NCBI GenBank assembly: GCA_965216785.1
Contig: OZ244197.1
Location: forward strand, 3,054,198 to 3,118,197
Length of the DNA stretch: 64,000 nt
Direction: 5' to 3'
Source: Thermodesulfobacteriota bacterium
Lineage (GTDB): Bacteria; Desulfobacterota_D; UBA1144; Nemesobacterales; UBA2774
Every line of letters starts with the position of its first letter. The first letter of the stretch is position 1. Under the pieces are notes generated by a model. The model saw only the letters and a list, made by a program, of their open reading frames with translations, searched no databases and had not been told where the DNA came from. Positions 48,327-57,151 of the stretch are shown here, one piece after another. The position numbers and the translations under genes are program-made.

Positions 48327-49469
48327 ATGACTGTTCTTCAGGTTATGGCGCTTGCCCCTAATAAAGTAGGTGGTTTCGAGGAATATATTCTGAGCTTCGC
48401 TAAAAAGATGAATGAGCTCGGGCACGATGTAATTTTTGTTTTCGGGGGAGAGCCGCATCCGTACATAAAAGAGAAACTAAGCGAGTCTAATACCGCTTAC
48501 TATGTTGAAGAGATACCACAAAGCACACTCGGTATGCTCACTATGTTTTACAGACTTCTCAAACTTATTTTGAATACCCGTCCGCACATTGTGCAAGGGC
48601 AGTTTCATCCCCATGATCACTTAGCGGTTCTCGCCGGATTCATCACCGGGAAAACCACTTATAGAACTATCCATACAACGACTTCTCAATCTGCCGGACC
48701 TCTGAAGTACCAAAGTATATTGAAGGCAAAAGCTAGCTCGTTTTTATCTAAAACCACGTTTGCGGTATCTGGTGCTGTAAGAAGAGATTTAGTAGAAAAT
48801 TTGCATATACCTGCAAAAAAAATCCAAATCCTATATAACGGTGTGAATCTGGAACATTATTACCCTAAGCAAAATGATTTTTCCCTGCAAAGGGAGCTAG
48901 GCGTAGGCGAGACAACAAGAATAATTTTATGTATTGCACATGCACGGCCTACAAAGGGGCTTGAATATTTAATTACCGCTGTGCCTCCCATAATTGAAAA
49001 TCATCAGAATACTCATTTTGTTTTTTGTGGCGGGGGACCGCTTGAAAACAATATGATCACTTTAGCCGAAAAGCTCGGGGTATCGGAATATGTACATTTT
49101 CTTGGCGTGAGGAACGATGTTCAAGCGCTATTAAATTGCTCTTACCTACTAGTGATGCCGTCCTTAGCCGAGGCTTTCGGTTTAGTTTCATTGGAATCTA
49201 TGGCCATGGAAAAAGCTGTTATCGCATCAAATGTAGAAGGTATAGCCGAAATCGTTCAACATGAAAAAACAGGTTTACTGGTTCCGCCGGCAGACTCGGA
49301 TTCCTTAGCTAAAGCTGTTATATCTCTTTTGGATAATCCCCAAAAAACCGCTCAATTGGGGATCCGGGGCAGAAAAAGAGCTGAAGAGCATTTTGATCTT
49401 AACAAAAGAGTGGAAAATGAAATTAATATTTACGAAGATGAGCTAGGACTTCAACTCAAAACTCGGTAG
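48327..49469 (+). CDS. Glycosyltransferase family 4
   Basis: GGFE, KG, PSLAEAFGLVSLESMA. Confidence 0.9.
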   Translation: MTVLQVMALAPNKVGGFEEYILSFAKKMNELGHDVIFVFGGEPHPYIKEKLSESNTAYYVEEIPQSTLGMLTMFYRLLKLILNTRPHIVQGQFHPHDHLAVLAGFITGKTTYRTIHTTTSQSAGPLKYQSILKAKASSFLSKTTFAVSGAVRRDLVENLHIPAKKIQILYNGVNLEHYYPKQNDFSLQRELGVGETTRIILCIAHARPTKGLEYLITAVPPIIENHQNTHFVFCGGGPLENNMITLAEKLGVSEYVHFLGVRNDVQALLNCSYLLVMPSLAEAFGLVSLESMAMEKAVIASNVEGIAEIVQHEKTGLLVPPADSDSLAKAVISLLDNPQKTAQLGIRGRKRAEEHFDLNKRVENEINIYEDELGLQLKTR

Positions 49470-49586
49470 TTACTGGCTCTTATTCACAAAGAATTCGAGT
49501 TATAATGTTACATAGATAGGATTTCTGTTTGTATAATTAAGCTATTAGCGGACGAACACAAAGCTTAAGGATTTATTTGGAATAAT

Positions 49587-50987
49587 ATGCTCGGCACAAA
49601 TTCTCAAACACCCGCGTTGAACACAATCCTCATAATAGCGTTAGTCGCGCTGGGCGCTCTGGCAGGCATATTAATAGCTATATACGGTTTTTCACCACTC
49701 ATAGTGGCGGCGCCTCTAGCGCTGGTTTTTTTCCTCATTACGGTAAACAAACCGTGGATCGCCCTCACGGCCTTTTTTCTTTTAGTACCGCTTGAGAATC
49801 TCTTTGTTTTGGAAGGAGAATTCAGCGCCACCAGCAGTAAATTGATTGGCGCTTACTTGATATTTCTAATGTTAATTTGCGGGAGGATCAAGTATATATC
49901 TGAAGTATTTAGACACAAGAAAACACTTTGGATAATCGGATTCCTGCTTGCCGCTTTAATTTCGACTCTGTTTTCTGACATTGCGTCTGCTTTGTTAGAA
50001 AATCTTCTGAGACTTTTTATTTTCACTGCTCTATACGTTGTGCTCATTGTTATGATAAGAGACATGAAAACTCTCACATATTGTCTTCAAGCATTGGTAG
50101 TAGGCGCCGCCTTATCTGTACTAAGTCCTCTAATTCTCGACACAGGTAGCACCAGTGGCATAGACTTGGAACGATACGGTGGTCTCTGGGGTGACCAGAA
50201 TGAATTTGCGGCGATATTACTGGTAATCATCCCCTTCAGCCTAATACTATACCAATATGAAAGAAAAAAAATTATGAAGATGCTCTATGGCGCGAGCTTT
50301 CTGATTATCCTGATCGGATTCTTTCTTACTTATTCCAGAGGCGGTTTCGTAGCATTCGTAGTACTTTTCCTGTTTGCGTCTTATAGAATTATAAAAAGTA
50401 AGCACAGAGTAAAAATTCTAGCTATTTTCATACCCGCCGTCATAGCACTTAGTGCGGTGTTCTATAACACAATCGCAGACGATTATATTTCCAGAGTCGA
50501 AACTCTAAGAGCCATTCAAAAAAATGAGGCGGCGACTGTAGATGGATCAATAAAGCTCAGATATATATATTATTTCGAAGTAGCGCCCGAGATATTCATC
50601 GAGGATCCTATATTCGGGGTTGGTCCTGGAGGGTTCATTCATTACAACACTTATCTTAAGCAAGTCGCTCACAACACATACCTTGAGATATTAACAGGTA
50701 TGGGAATTGTTGGGTTCATAGTTTTTATGGTGATACTATATCTCACTTGGAGAGAGCTAAAGAATACACAGCTTACTTCTAAACACATTCATGAGTTAAA
50801 ATCATTATACTATTATTCAACTGCGCTTGAGTTTAGTTTTATATCTATATTAGTGGCCGGTATGTTTATATCTTTGGACTTAAACAAAATACTATGGCTA
50901 AGTATCACGCTAAGTACCGTAATGGCAAACATACTCCGAAATCAAATTTTATCTGAGCGCAGCCTGTCGCAATCTCCTTATAGATAG
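49587..50987 (+). CDS. O-antigen ligase / Wzy-like polymerase
   Basis: RYGG..DQNEFA, TYSRGG, FGVGPGGF, AHNTYLE; many TM helices. Confidence 0.85.
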   Translation: MLGTNSQTPALNTILIIALVALGALAGILIAIYGFSPLIVAAPLALVFFLITVNKPWIALTAFFLLVPLENLFVLEGEFSATSSKLIGAYLIFLMLICGRIKYISEVFRHKKTLWIIGFLLAALISTLFSDIASALLENLLRLFIFTALYVVLIVMIRDMKTLTYCLQALVVGAALSVLSPLILDTGSTSGIDLERYGGLWGDQNEFAAILLVIIPFSLILYQYERKKIMKMLYGASFLIILIGFFLTYSRGGFVAFVVLFLFASYRIIKSKHRVKILAIFIPAVIALSAVFYNTIADDYISRVETLRAIQKNEAATVDGSIKLRYIYYFEVAPEIFIEDPIFGVGPGGFIHYNTYLKQVAHNTYLEILTGMGIVGFIVFMVILYLTWRELKNTQLTSKHIHELKSLYYYSTALEFSFISILVAGMFISLDLNKILWLSITLSTVMANILRNQILSERSLSQSPYR

Positions 50988-51042
50988 CTAGCTCAGTATC
51001 AGCACAGATTCATCAAGCAGTTTGAAGAGACATTACAAGTCC

Positions 51043-52296
51043 ATGAGAATACTATACATTTCACAATACTTTCCGCCGGAAATGGGCGCCCCCTCGGCCA
51101 GGGTCTCAGAGCTGTCCAGATACTGGGTAGAGATGGGACATGAGGTCACTGTGCTCACATGCTTCCCAAATTACCCCGATGGAATTATCTATGAGAATTA
51201 TAAAGACAAAGTCAAAAAGCTTTATGTCCGTGAAGAGTTCAATGGAATAAACGTAATACGAGTATGGGCATACCCCACTCATCTTAGAAGCGCATTAAGA
51301 AGGGGCACAAATTATCTATCTTCACTCCTATCGTTTTCACTCACAGCCTCCATCCTAGACCGGCCGGATGTTGTGATAGCGACTTCGCCTCCGCCTTTTA
51401 TAGGCCTTACAACACTTACACTTAAATACTTTAAATCCATACCGGTTGTATTCGAAGTCAGAGACCTCTGGCCCGAGGTTATTACAGCTGTGGGAGCGGG
51501 TAGCTCAAGCAGCATTTCCTATAGAATTATCGATGGCATAGTAGATTTCTCATACAAACACAGCGACCTCATCGTTGCATTAACCAATTCATTTAAAGAC
51601 TCTATCGTTAATACGAGGGGGATCGAGGAAGAGAAGGTTAAAGTGATAGAAAACGCCGTCGACACTGAGCTTTTCAAACCCGTAAAAACGGATAAAAGTG
51701 CTTTTAAAGAATTAGGGCTGGAGAGTAAATTCATCATCTCATACGTTGGAACAATAGGACTCACACACGGCGTGGACGTAGTTATCAATGCGGCAGAGGA
51801 GCTAAAATCGCAAATACCCGACATAGTATTTCTCCTAGTTGGTGACGGGTATGAAAAAGAAAGATTAAAAGCGCGCGCAAGTGACAGCGGCTTGGATAAC
51901 GTTTTGTTCCTAGGCAAGCAGCCAAGATCAAAAATTCCCGAAATTATCAACGGCTCTGACATTTCACTAGTTCTATCTAAAAAAAGCGAGCTTTTAGAGA
52001 AAACCATATTCGCGAAAGTCTTCGAACCCATGGCCTGCGGCAATCCGATCATAGTTGGAGCCCGAGGCGAGACTAAGCATGTAGTGGTGGATCAAGGAAA
52101 TGCCGGGTTATCGTTTGAACCCGAAGATACCAAAGGACTGATCAAGTGTATAGATAAGCTATATGACGACCCAAAACTCAGGAAAAAACTGGGAGATAAC
52201 GGAAGAAAGCTCGTTACAAAGAGCTTTTCAAGAAAGAAGAAAGCCGATGATTATATAGAGCTACTAGAAAACTTGATTGAAAAAAAAGAGCGGTGA
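51043..52296 (+). CDS. Glycosyltransferase family 4 (WbuB-like)
   Basis: SQYFPPEMGA, PNYPxG, TSPP, EVRDLWPE, KxFExMACG; start taken at MRILYIS. Confidence 0.9.
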   Translation: MRILYISQYFPPEMGAPSARVSELSRYWVEMGHEVTVLTCFPNYPDGIIYENYKDKVKKLYVREEFNGINVIRVWAYPTHLRSALRRGTNYLSSLLSFSLTASILDRPDVVIATSPPPFIGLTTLTLKYFKSIPVVFEVRDLWPEVITAVGAGSSSSISYRIIDGIVDFSYKHSDLIVALTNSFKDSIVNTRGIEEEKVKVIENAVDTELFKPVKTDKSAFKELGLESKFIISYVGTIGLTHGVDVVINAAEELKSQIPDIVFLLVGDGYEKERLKARASDSGLDNVLFLGKQPRSKIPEIINGSDISLVLSKKSELLEKTIFAKVFEPMACGNPIIVGARGETKHVVVDQGNAGLSFEPEDTKGLIKCIDKLYDDPKLRKKLGDNGRKLVTKSFSRKKKADDYIELLENLIEKKER

Positions 52297-52499
52297 AATA
52301 TAAAGCAGCTGCCCACCTGCAGCTACAGGAAAAAGAGAATAATATCTAAATTCCCATATCCGGCTGATCTCCTTGATAAAAACAGGGAGAGGCTATACAA
52401 TTAGTTTAAAGTTGACATCTATACTATAAACTTCTTAGCCGGAGTACCGTTCATTCAACACTGCTTGGACATATTATCAATTCTTTCGGGTAAGCCCAC

Positions 52500-53615
52500 A
52501 TGAAAATCGGGGTTCTGATACTACTTGATACACTAGACTTGGGTGGAGCCGAAAATCTCGCGGCAAATATAGCTATCAATCTAAAGAAAACAAATATATA
52601 TCATCCGCTCATTTGCTTAACACGAAGGGGCGGTGAATTAGAATACAAATTAAAAGAAAACAATATCAAATACGTTGTTCTGGGCAGACGCAACCGCTAT
52701 GAGCTCCATAAATTCTATGGAATGAAAAAGATCATAGAGGAAGAGAATATAAAGTTAATCCACGCCCATAATCCGGGATCGAATTTCTGGGCCGGTATAA
52801 TAGGCAAACTATTGGGCATACCCGTAATTTCACACCTACACACCCATCCTGAAGAGCTGGGGAAAATCCGCGGATCGATTACAAGTAAAATTATAGGTCG
52901 GATGTCCGCCAAAATCATATGTATTGCGGAATTTGTAAGACAAGAACTCATACGCGAACAAGCCACAGACTCTTCAAAGATTATAACGATTCATAATGGT
53001 ATAAGAATCAAGGACTATCAATTAGAGCCAAATGCCGATCTAAAGGCCGAATTGGGCATCGACACCGACTCGACAGTCATCGGAATTGTAGCAGGGTTTA
53101 GGGAAGAGAAAAACCATGAGATGTTTCTTCTTGCTGCAAAGGAGGTTCTGGATAGAAACCCAAATGTTACTTTTTTGCTCGTTGGGGAAGGTGTATTGAG
53201 AGATCAAGTAGAGCGTAGAGCTCTAAATTTAGGGATAAAGGACAACTGTATTTTTACCGGGCTGCGTAAGGATATACCGGATATACTCTCAATAACCGAC
53301 ATTGGTACTCTTTGTTCGATCTACGAGGGCATACCTTTGGTAGTTCTCGAATATATGGCCGCGTCAAAGCCGGTTATATCAACCGACTTACGGGGTGTGC
53401 GTGAAATCATTGAAGACGGAAAGAGCGGATTGCTAGTCCCGCCTGGCGATTTTAAAACGCTAGCCGCAACGATTGAGCGTGTATCGGAAAATAAAACTCT
53501 AGCCCGCTCATTAGGTGAAAACGGATTCAAAACTGTTAGTGATAAGTTTTCAGAAGAGTCTATGATGAACAAGATCGAAAGTCTGTACGAAGAACTACTT
53601 TCAAATTACACCTGA
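52500..53615 (+). CDS. Glycosyltransferase family 4
   Basis: GGAE, EKNH, SIYEGIPLVVLEYMA. Confidence 0.9.
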   Translation: MKIGVLILLDTLDLGGAENLAANIAINLKKTNIYHPLICLTRRGGELEYKLKENNIKYVVLGRRNRYELHKFYGMKKIIEEENIKLIHAHNPGSNFWAGIIGKLLGIPVISHLHTHPEELGKIRGSITSKIIGRMSAKIICIAEFVRQELIREQATDSSKIITIHNGIRIKDYQLEPNADLKAELGIDTDSTVIGIVAGFREEKNHEMFLLAAKEVLDRNPNVTFLLVGEGVLRDQVERRALNLGIKDNCIFTGLRKDIPDILSITDIGTLCSIYEGIPLVVLEYMAASKPVISTDLRGVREIIEDGKSGLLVPPGDFKTLAATIERVSENKTLARSLGENGFKTVSDKFSEESMMNKIESLYEELLSNYT

Positions 53616-53714
53616 AGGGTGAGTATATATTCCCGGGAATCTCACCAATCGATGCTGAGTTATTGAATCCCGGAAATTACTTTTTACGCAGTATGTTAGA
53701 ATTTAAGGACCAAT

Positions 53715-55655
53715 ATGTGTGGAATAGTAGGAATCTGGAGCTCAGGAAAAGAAATCAGTGGGGCAATATTAGACTCCATGGCAGAAGCGCTCGCCCACAG
53801 GGGACCCGATGATTCCGGTAGCTACATAGACGAAAGGAGCAACATAGGGTTTGCGCACCGAAGACTTTCCATCGTCGACCTCTCGCCGCTCGGACACCAA
53901 CCCATGTCAAACGAGGACGGATCTATCTGGATTACATACAACGGAGAAGTCTATAACTTTAAAGAGATAAGAGATGAGCTCATCCAAAAAGGCCACAGGT
54001 TCAAAAGCAATACCGATACAGAGGTCGTCCTTAAGTCATATGAGCAGTGGGGTATAGAATGCGTACATAAATTTATCGGAATGTTTGCACTCGGGATCTG
54101 GGATAAGAGAAGTAGAAAACTCTACCTTTTAAGAGACAGAGCAGGCGTAAAACCCCTTTACTATTACAGCAATAATGGCCTATTTATGTTCGGATCAGAG
54201 CTAAAAGCGCTCATGCAACACCCTGAATATAAAAAAGATATAGATTACAATTCACTTTCAGTATATGTGAGGCACGGTTACATACCGGCCCCCCATACAA
54301 TTTTTCAGAATACATACAAACTAAGGCCCGGACATTACCTTTGCTTATCCGACTCAGACAATATTCAGGAGATTAAGTACTGGGATGTAACCGATTATTA
54401 TTTACAACAAACCCTGGATCAGCCTGAAGATGAGATACTGGAGGAGCTTGAGAGTTTGCTTTTAGACTCGTTTCAATACAGGCTTGTAGCAGATGTACCT
54501 ATAGGAGTATTTTTAAGCGGCGGTATAGACTCGTCGACCCTCTGCGCGCTACTTCAGAGCAATATAGGAAGCCAGCTAAAAACATACTCTATCGGCTTCG
54601 ATGATAGCAGCTTTAACGAGGCTGAGTGGGCTAAAAAGATTGCCGATTACATCGGCACGGACCACACAGAATACTACATATCCCCAACTGAGGCCCTCGA
54701 CATCGTGCCTAAGCTTCCTGAGATCTATGATGAGCCCTTCGCCGACAATTCAGCAATACCTACTTACCTTGTATCCAAGCTCACGAGAGAAAGCGCGAAG
54801 GTCGCTCTTTCCGCTGACGGAGGCGATGAGCTGTTTTGCGGATATAATAGGTATTTATATTCGGATAATATACATCAAAAACATACCAAGATGCCCGGAT
54901 TGCTAGGGGGCGCCGTCAACGAAGGGCTAGACATGCTTAGTCCTCAGTTAGTTGACTGGACTTACAGGAAACTAAGATTCGCTCTTCCCCATGTACATGA
55001 CTTTCGTCACAAATATATAAAATTCAGAAATATGATTTCTAACGCCCGCCGGGGCGACTACGTCGAAATGTATAAAACCGCAATAGGATATTGGACAACG
55101 GAAGAGCTAAACAACATTATGCTGAATCCCGGGAATTCTCCGTATGACTCATTTATCGCGGAGACATTCGCAAAACTACAAGGGAAAAGCCTACTCACAC
55201 AAATGATGGCCACCGACTTTAAATACTACTTAGTAGATGACATTCTAACCAAGCTAGACAGAGCATCCATGAGCGTTAGCTTGGAGGGGCGCGATCCATT
55301 CCTAGACCACCGGTTAATAGAATACGCTGCGAGGATCCCTGTGAATATGCATTACAAGAACGGACAGAGTAAACATCTACTAAGAAGTATATTATATAAA
55401 CATGTCCCCAAGAAGTTATTAGAAAGGCCCAAACGCGGATTTGCAGTTCCGCTTTATAGTTGGCTCAGAGAAGATCTTTCAGAGCTTGTAAGAGATCATT
55501 TAAGCTATGAAAATATCAATAAGGACGGCATATTCAATCCCGAGGCTATTTCAAGAAACGTCAACGATTTTATGAAAGGCGCTACGATAAACGCAAACTC
55601 TATATGGTGCATTCTGATGTTTCAGATGTGGAAAGAGAAATGGATGCCCGGTTAA
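53715..55655 (+). CDS. asnB: Asparagine synthase-like glutamine amidotransferase (probably amidating a polysaccharide sugar)
   Basis: MCGI N-terminal Cys, HRGPD, NGEVYN, LSGGIDSS, DGGDELF, DRASM. Confidence 0.9.
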   Translation: MCGIVGIWSSGKEISGAILDSMAEALAHRGPDDSGSYIDERSNIGFAHRRLSIVDLSPLGHQPMSNEDGSIWITYNGEVYNFKEIRDELIQKGHRFKSNTDTEVVLKSYEQWGIECVHKFIGMFALGIWDKRSRKLYLLRDRAGVKPLYYYSNNGLFMFGSELKALMQHPEYKKDIDYNSLSVYVRHGYIPAPHTIFQNTYKLRPGHYLCLSDSDNIQEIKYWDVTDYYLQQTLDQPEDEILEELESLLLDSFQYRLVADVPIGVFLSGGIDSSTLCALLQSNIGSQLKTYSIGFDDSSFNEAEWAKKIADYIGTDHTEYYISPTEALDIVPKLPEIYDEPFADNSAIPTYLVSKLTRESAKVALSADGGDELFCGYNRYLYSDNIHQKHTKMPGLLGGAVNEGLDMLSPQLVDWTYRKLRFALPHVHDFRHKYIKFRNMISNARRGDYVEMYKTAIGYWTTEELNNIMLNPGNSPYDSFIAETFAKLQGKSLLTQMMATDFKYYLVDDILTKLDRASMSVSLEGRDPFLDHRLIEYAARIPVNMHYKNGQSKHLLRSILYKHVPKKLLERPKRGFAVPLYSWLREDLSELVRDHLSYENINKDGIFNPEAISRNVNDFMKGATINANSIWCILMFQMWKEKWMPG

Positions 55656-55770
55656 TTATGCCTTCCATACTCACCAGAAGCTAAAAGCGTTTTTATGATC
55701 ATATCGATATGCAAACAGTCCAAGTGTATATATATTTTACGTATCCTATTCTTTATCTGACGGCATAAAA

Positions 55771-56982
55771 ATGAGAGTATGCTACATCACACATTCTGCG
55801 CCTTGTGGTAAAGGCGAGACATTCATAATTAATGAGCTCAACACAATCAGAAAATATTTCGATGTTGTAATTTTACCATTACGACCTCGCGGAACTCCAC
55901 AATACGAAGAAGCGAAAATGCTTTTGGATGACAGTGTAATAATACCGTTATTCAATTTCAGGATATTTATTCACTTTTTATTTTCTATCTTCTCAAATCC
56001 TGTACAAGTATTCACATGCATCGCTAATATCTTTACCGAAAGCAGATCACTAAGAGTACTATTCAGAAATCTTTGTGTAGTACCAAAGGCATTTTACGTA
56101 ACAAATTCATTGAAAGATTTAAAGATAAGCCATATACATTGCCACTGGTCATGTATTCAGACTACTTTTGGATCAATAGTTGCAAAGAATTTAGGCTTGG
56201 GTTTCAGTTTTACCGCGCATAGCTATGACATAGATGAGAATAATATGCTCAGACAAAAAGTTTTAGAATCATCTTTTGTCCGAGCCATCTCTCAAAACGC
56301 AAAAAATCAAATTATTGAGTTAACAGGACTTGATAAATTAAATCATAAAATTCATGTAATTCACATGGGAGTGACAATCCCAAAAGTAAGCAATAAAACA
56401 AATCACAATAAAAAATCTCGAAAAGTAATTGTGTGCCCTGCCAATGTTGAGGAGATTAAGGGTCAGAAATACTTGATCGAAGCCTGCGCTATATCAAAAT
56501 CTAAAGGTCTTTCATTAAAATGTTTGATAATTGGCGAGGGCCCTGATATTCCTAAATTAAAATCTTTAATTACGGAGAAGGGCTTAGAAGATGACGTTTT
56601 CTTAGAAGGTTACTACCCTCATAGTAAACTTATGGGCATGATGCAAAATGAAAATATCGATATTGTAATATTACCGAGTATCACTATGAATAACGGTTAT
56701 AGTGAGGGAATCCCCGTTGCCTTAATAGAAGCAATGAGCTACAAGATACCTGTAATTTCCACGAATACTGGAGATATTAGCGAGCTCCTTGGACAAGGCC
56801 GCGGAATTATGGTGGCGCAAAAGAATCCCGAAGAGCTATCAGAAGCTATTACGAATGTGGTTACGGATAAGAGTTTAAGTGAATCATTACGGACAAGCGG
56901 TTTTCAGCGTGTTAATAACGAATACAATATTCAAAGCACATGCAAAGATCTCGCCGACTTAATTAAACAAAGCGTTGAATAG
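55771..56982 (+). CDS. Glycosyltransferase family 4 (WcaL-like)
   Basis: ETFI, HIHCH, FTAHSYD, KG, EGIPVALIEAMS. Confidence 0.88.
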   Translation: MRVCYITHSAPCGKGETFIINELNTIRKYFDVVILPLRPRGTPQYEEAKMLLDDSVIIPLFNFRIFIHFLFSIFSNPVQVFTCIANIFTESRSLRVLFRNLCVVPKAFYVTNSLKDLKISHIHCHWSCIQTTFGSIVAKNLGLGFSFTAHSYDIDENNMLRQKVLESSFVRAISQNAKNQIIELTGLDKLNHKIHVIHMGVTIPKVSNKTNHNKKSRKVIVCPANVEEIKGQKYLIEACAISKSKGLSLKCLIIGEGPDIPKLKSLITEKGLEDDVFLEGYYPHSKLMGMMQNENIDIVILPSITMNNGYSEGIPVALIEAMSYKIPVISTNTGDISELLGQGRGIMVAQKNPEELSEAITNVVTDKSLSESLRTSGFQRVNNEYNIQSTCKDLADLIKQSVE

Positions 56983-57010
56983 AACCTTAACACAGCGAAA
57001 ACTTACAATA

Positions 57011-57043
57011 GTTCTTCCGGCTATGAGTGCTAGCCGGAAGAAC
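57011..57043. terminator. Perfect 13-bp hairpin between convergent transcription units
   Basis: GTTCTTCCGGCTA-7nt-TAGCCGGAAGAAC. Confidence 0.75.
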
Positions 57044-57151
57044 AAAACCCTTTTACTCTCTTAACTCAGCTCTTTTATATCCATTTTTAGATCAAGTCAC
57101 GCTATTTTATTCATAAATTCTGTTTACCGTCTATAGCCTGTACTTTTGTTT

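Noticed and set aside
53715-55655. AsnB as a lasso-peptide cyclase or other RiPP enzyme
   Set aside because: Intact N-terminal glutaminase domain, glycosyltransferase context, and no precursor peptide or B protein seen
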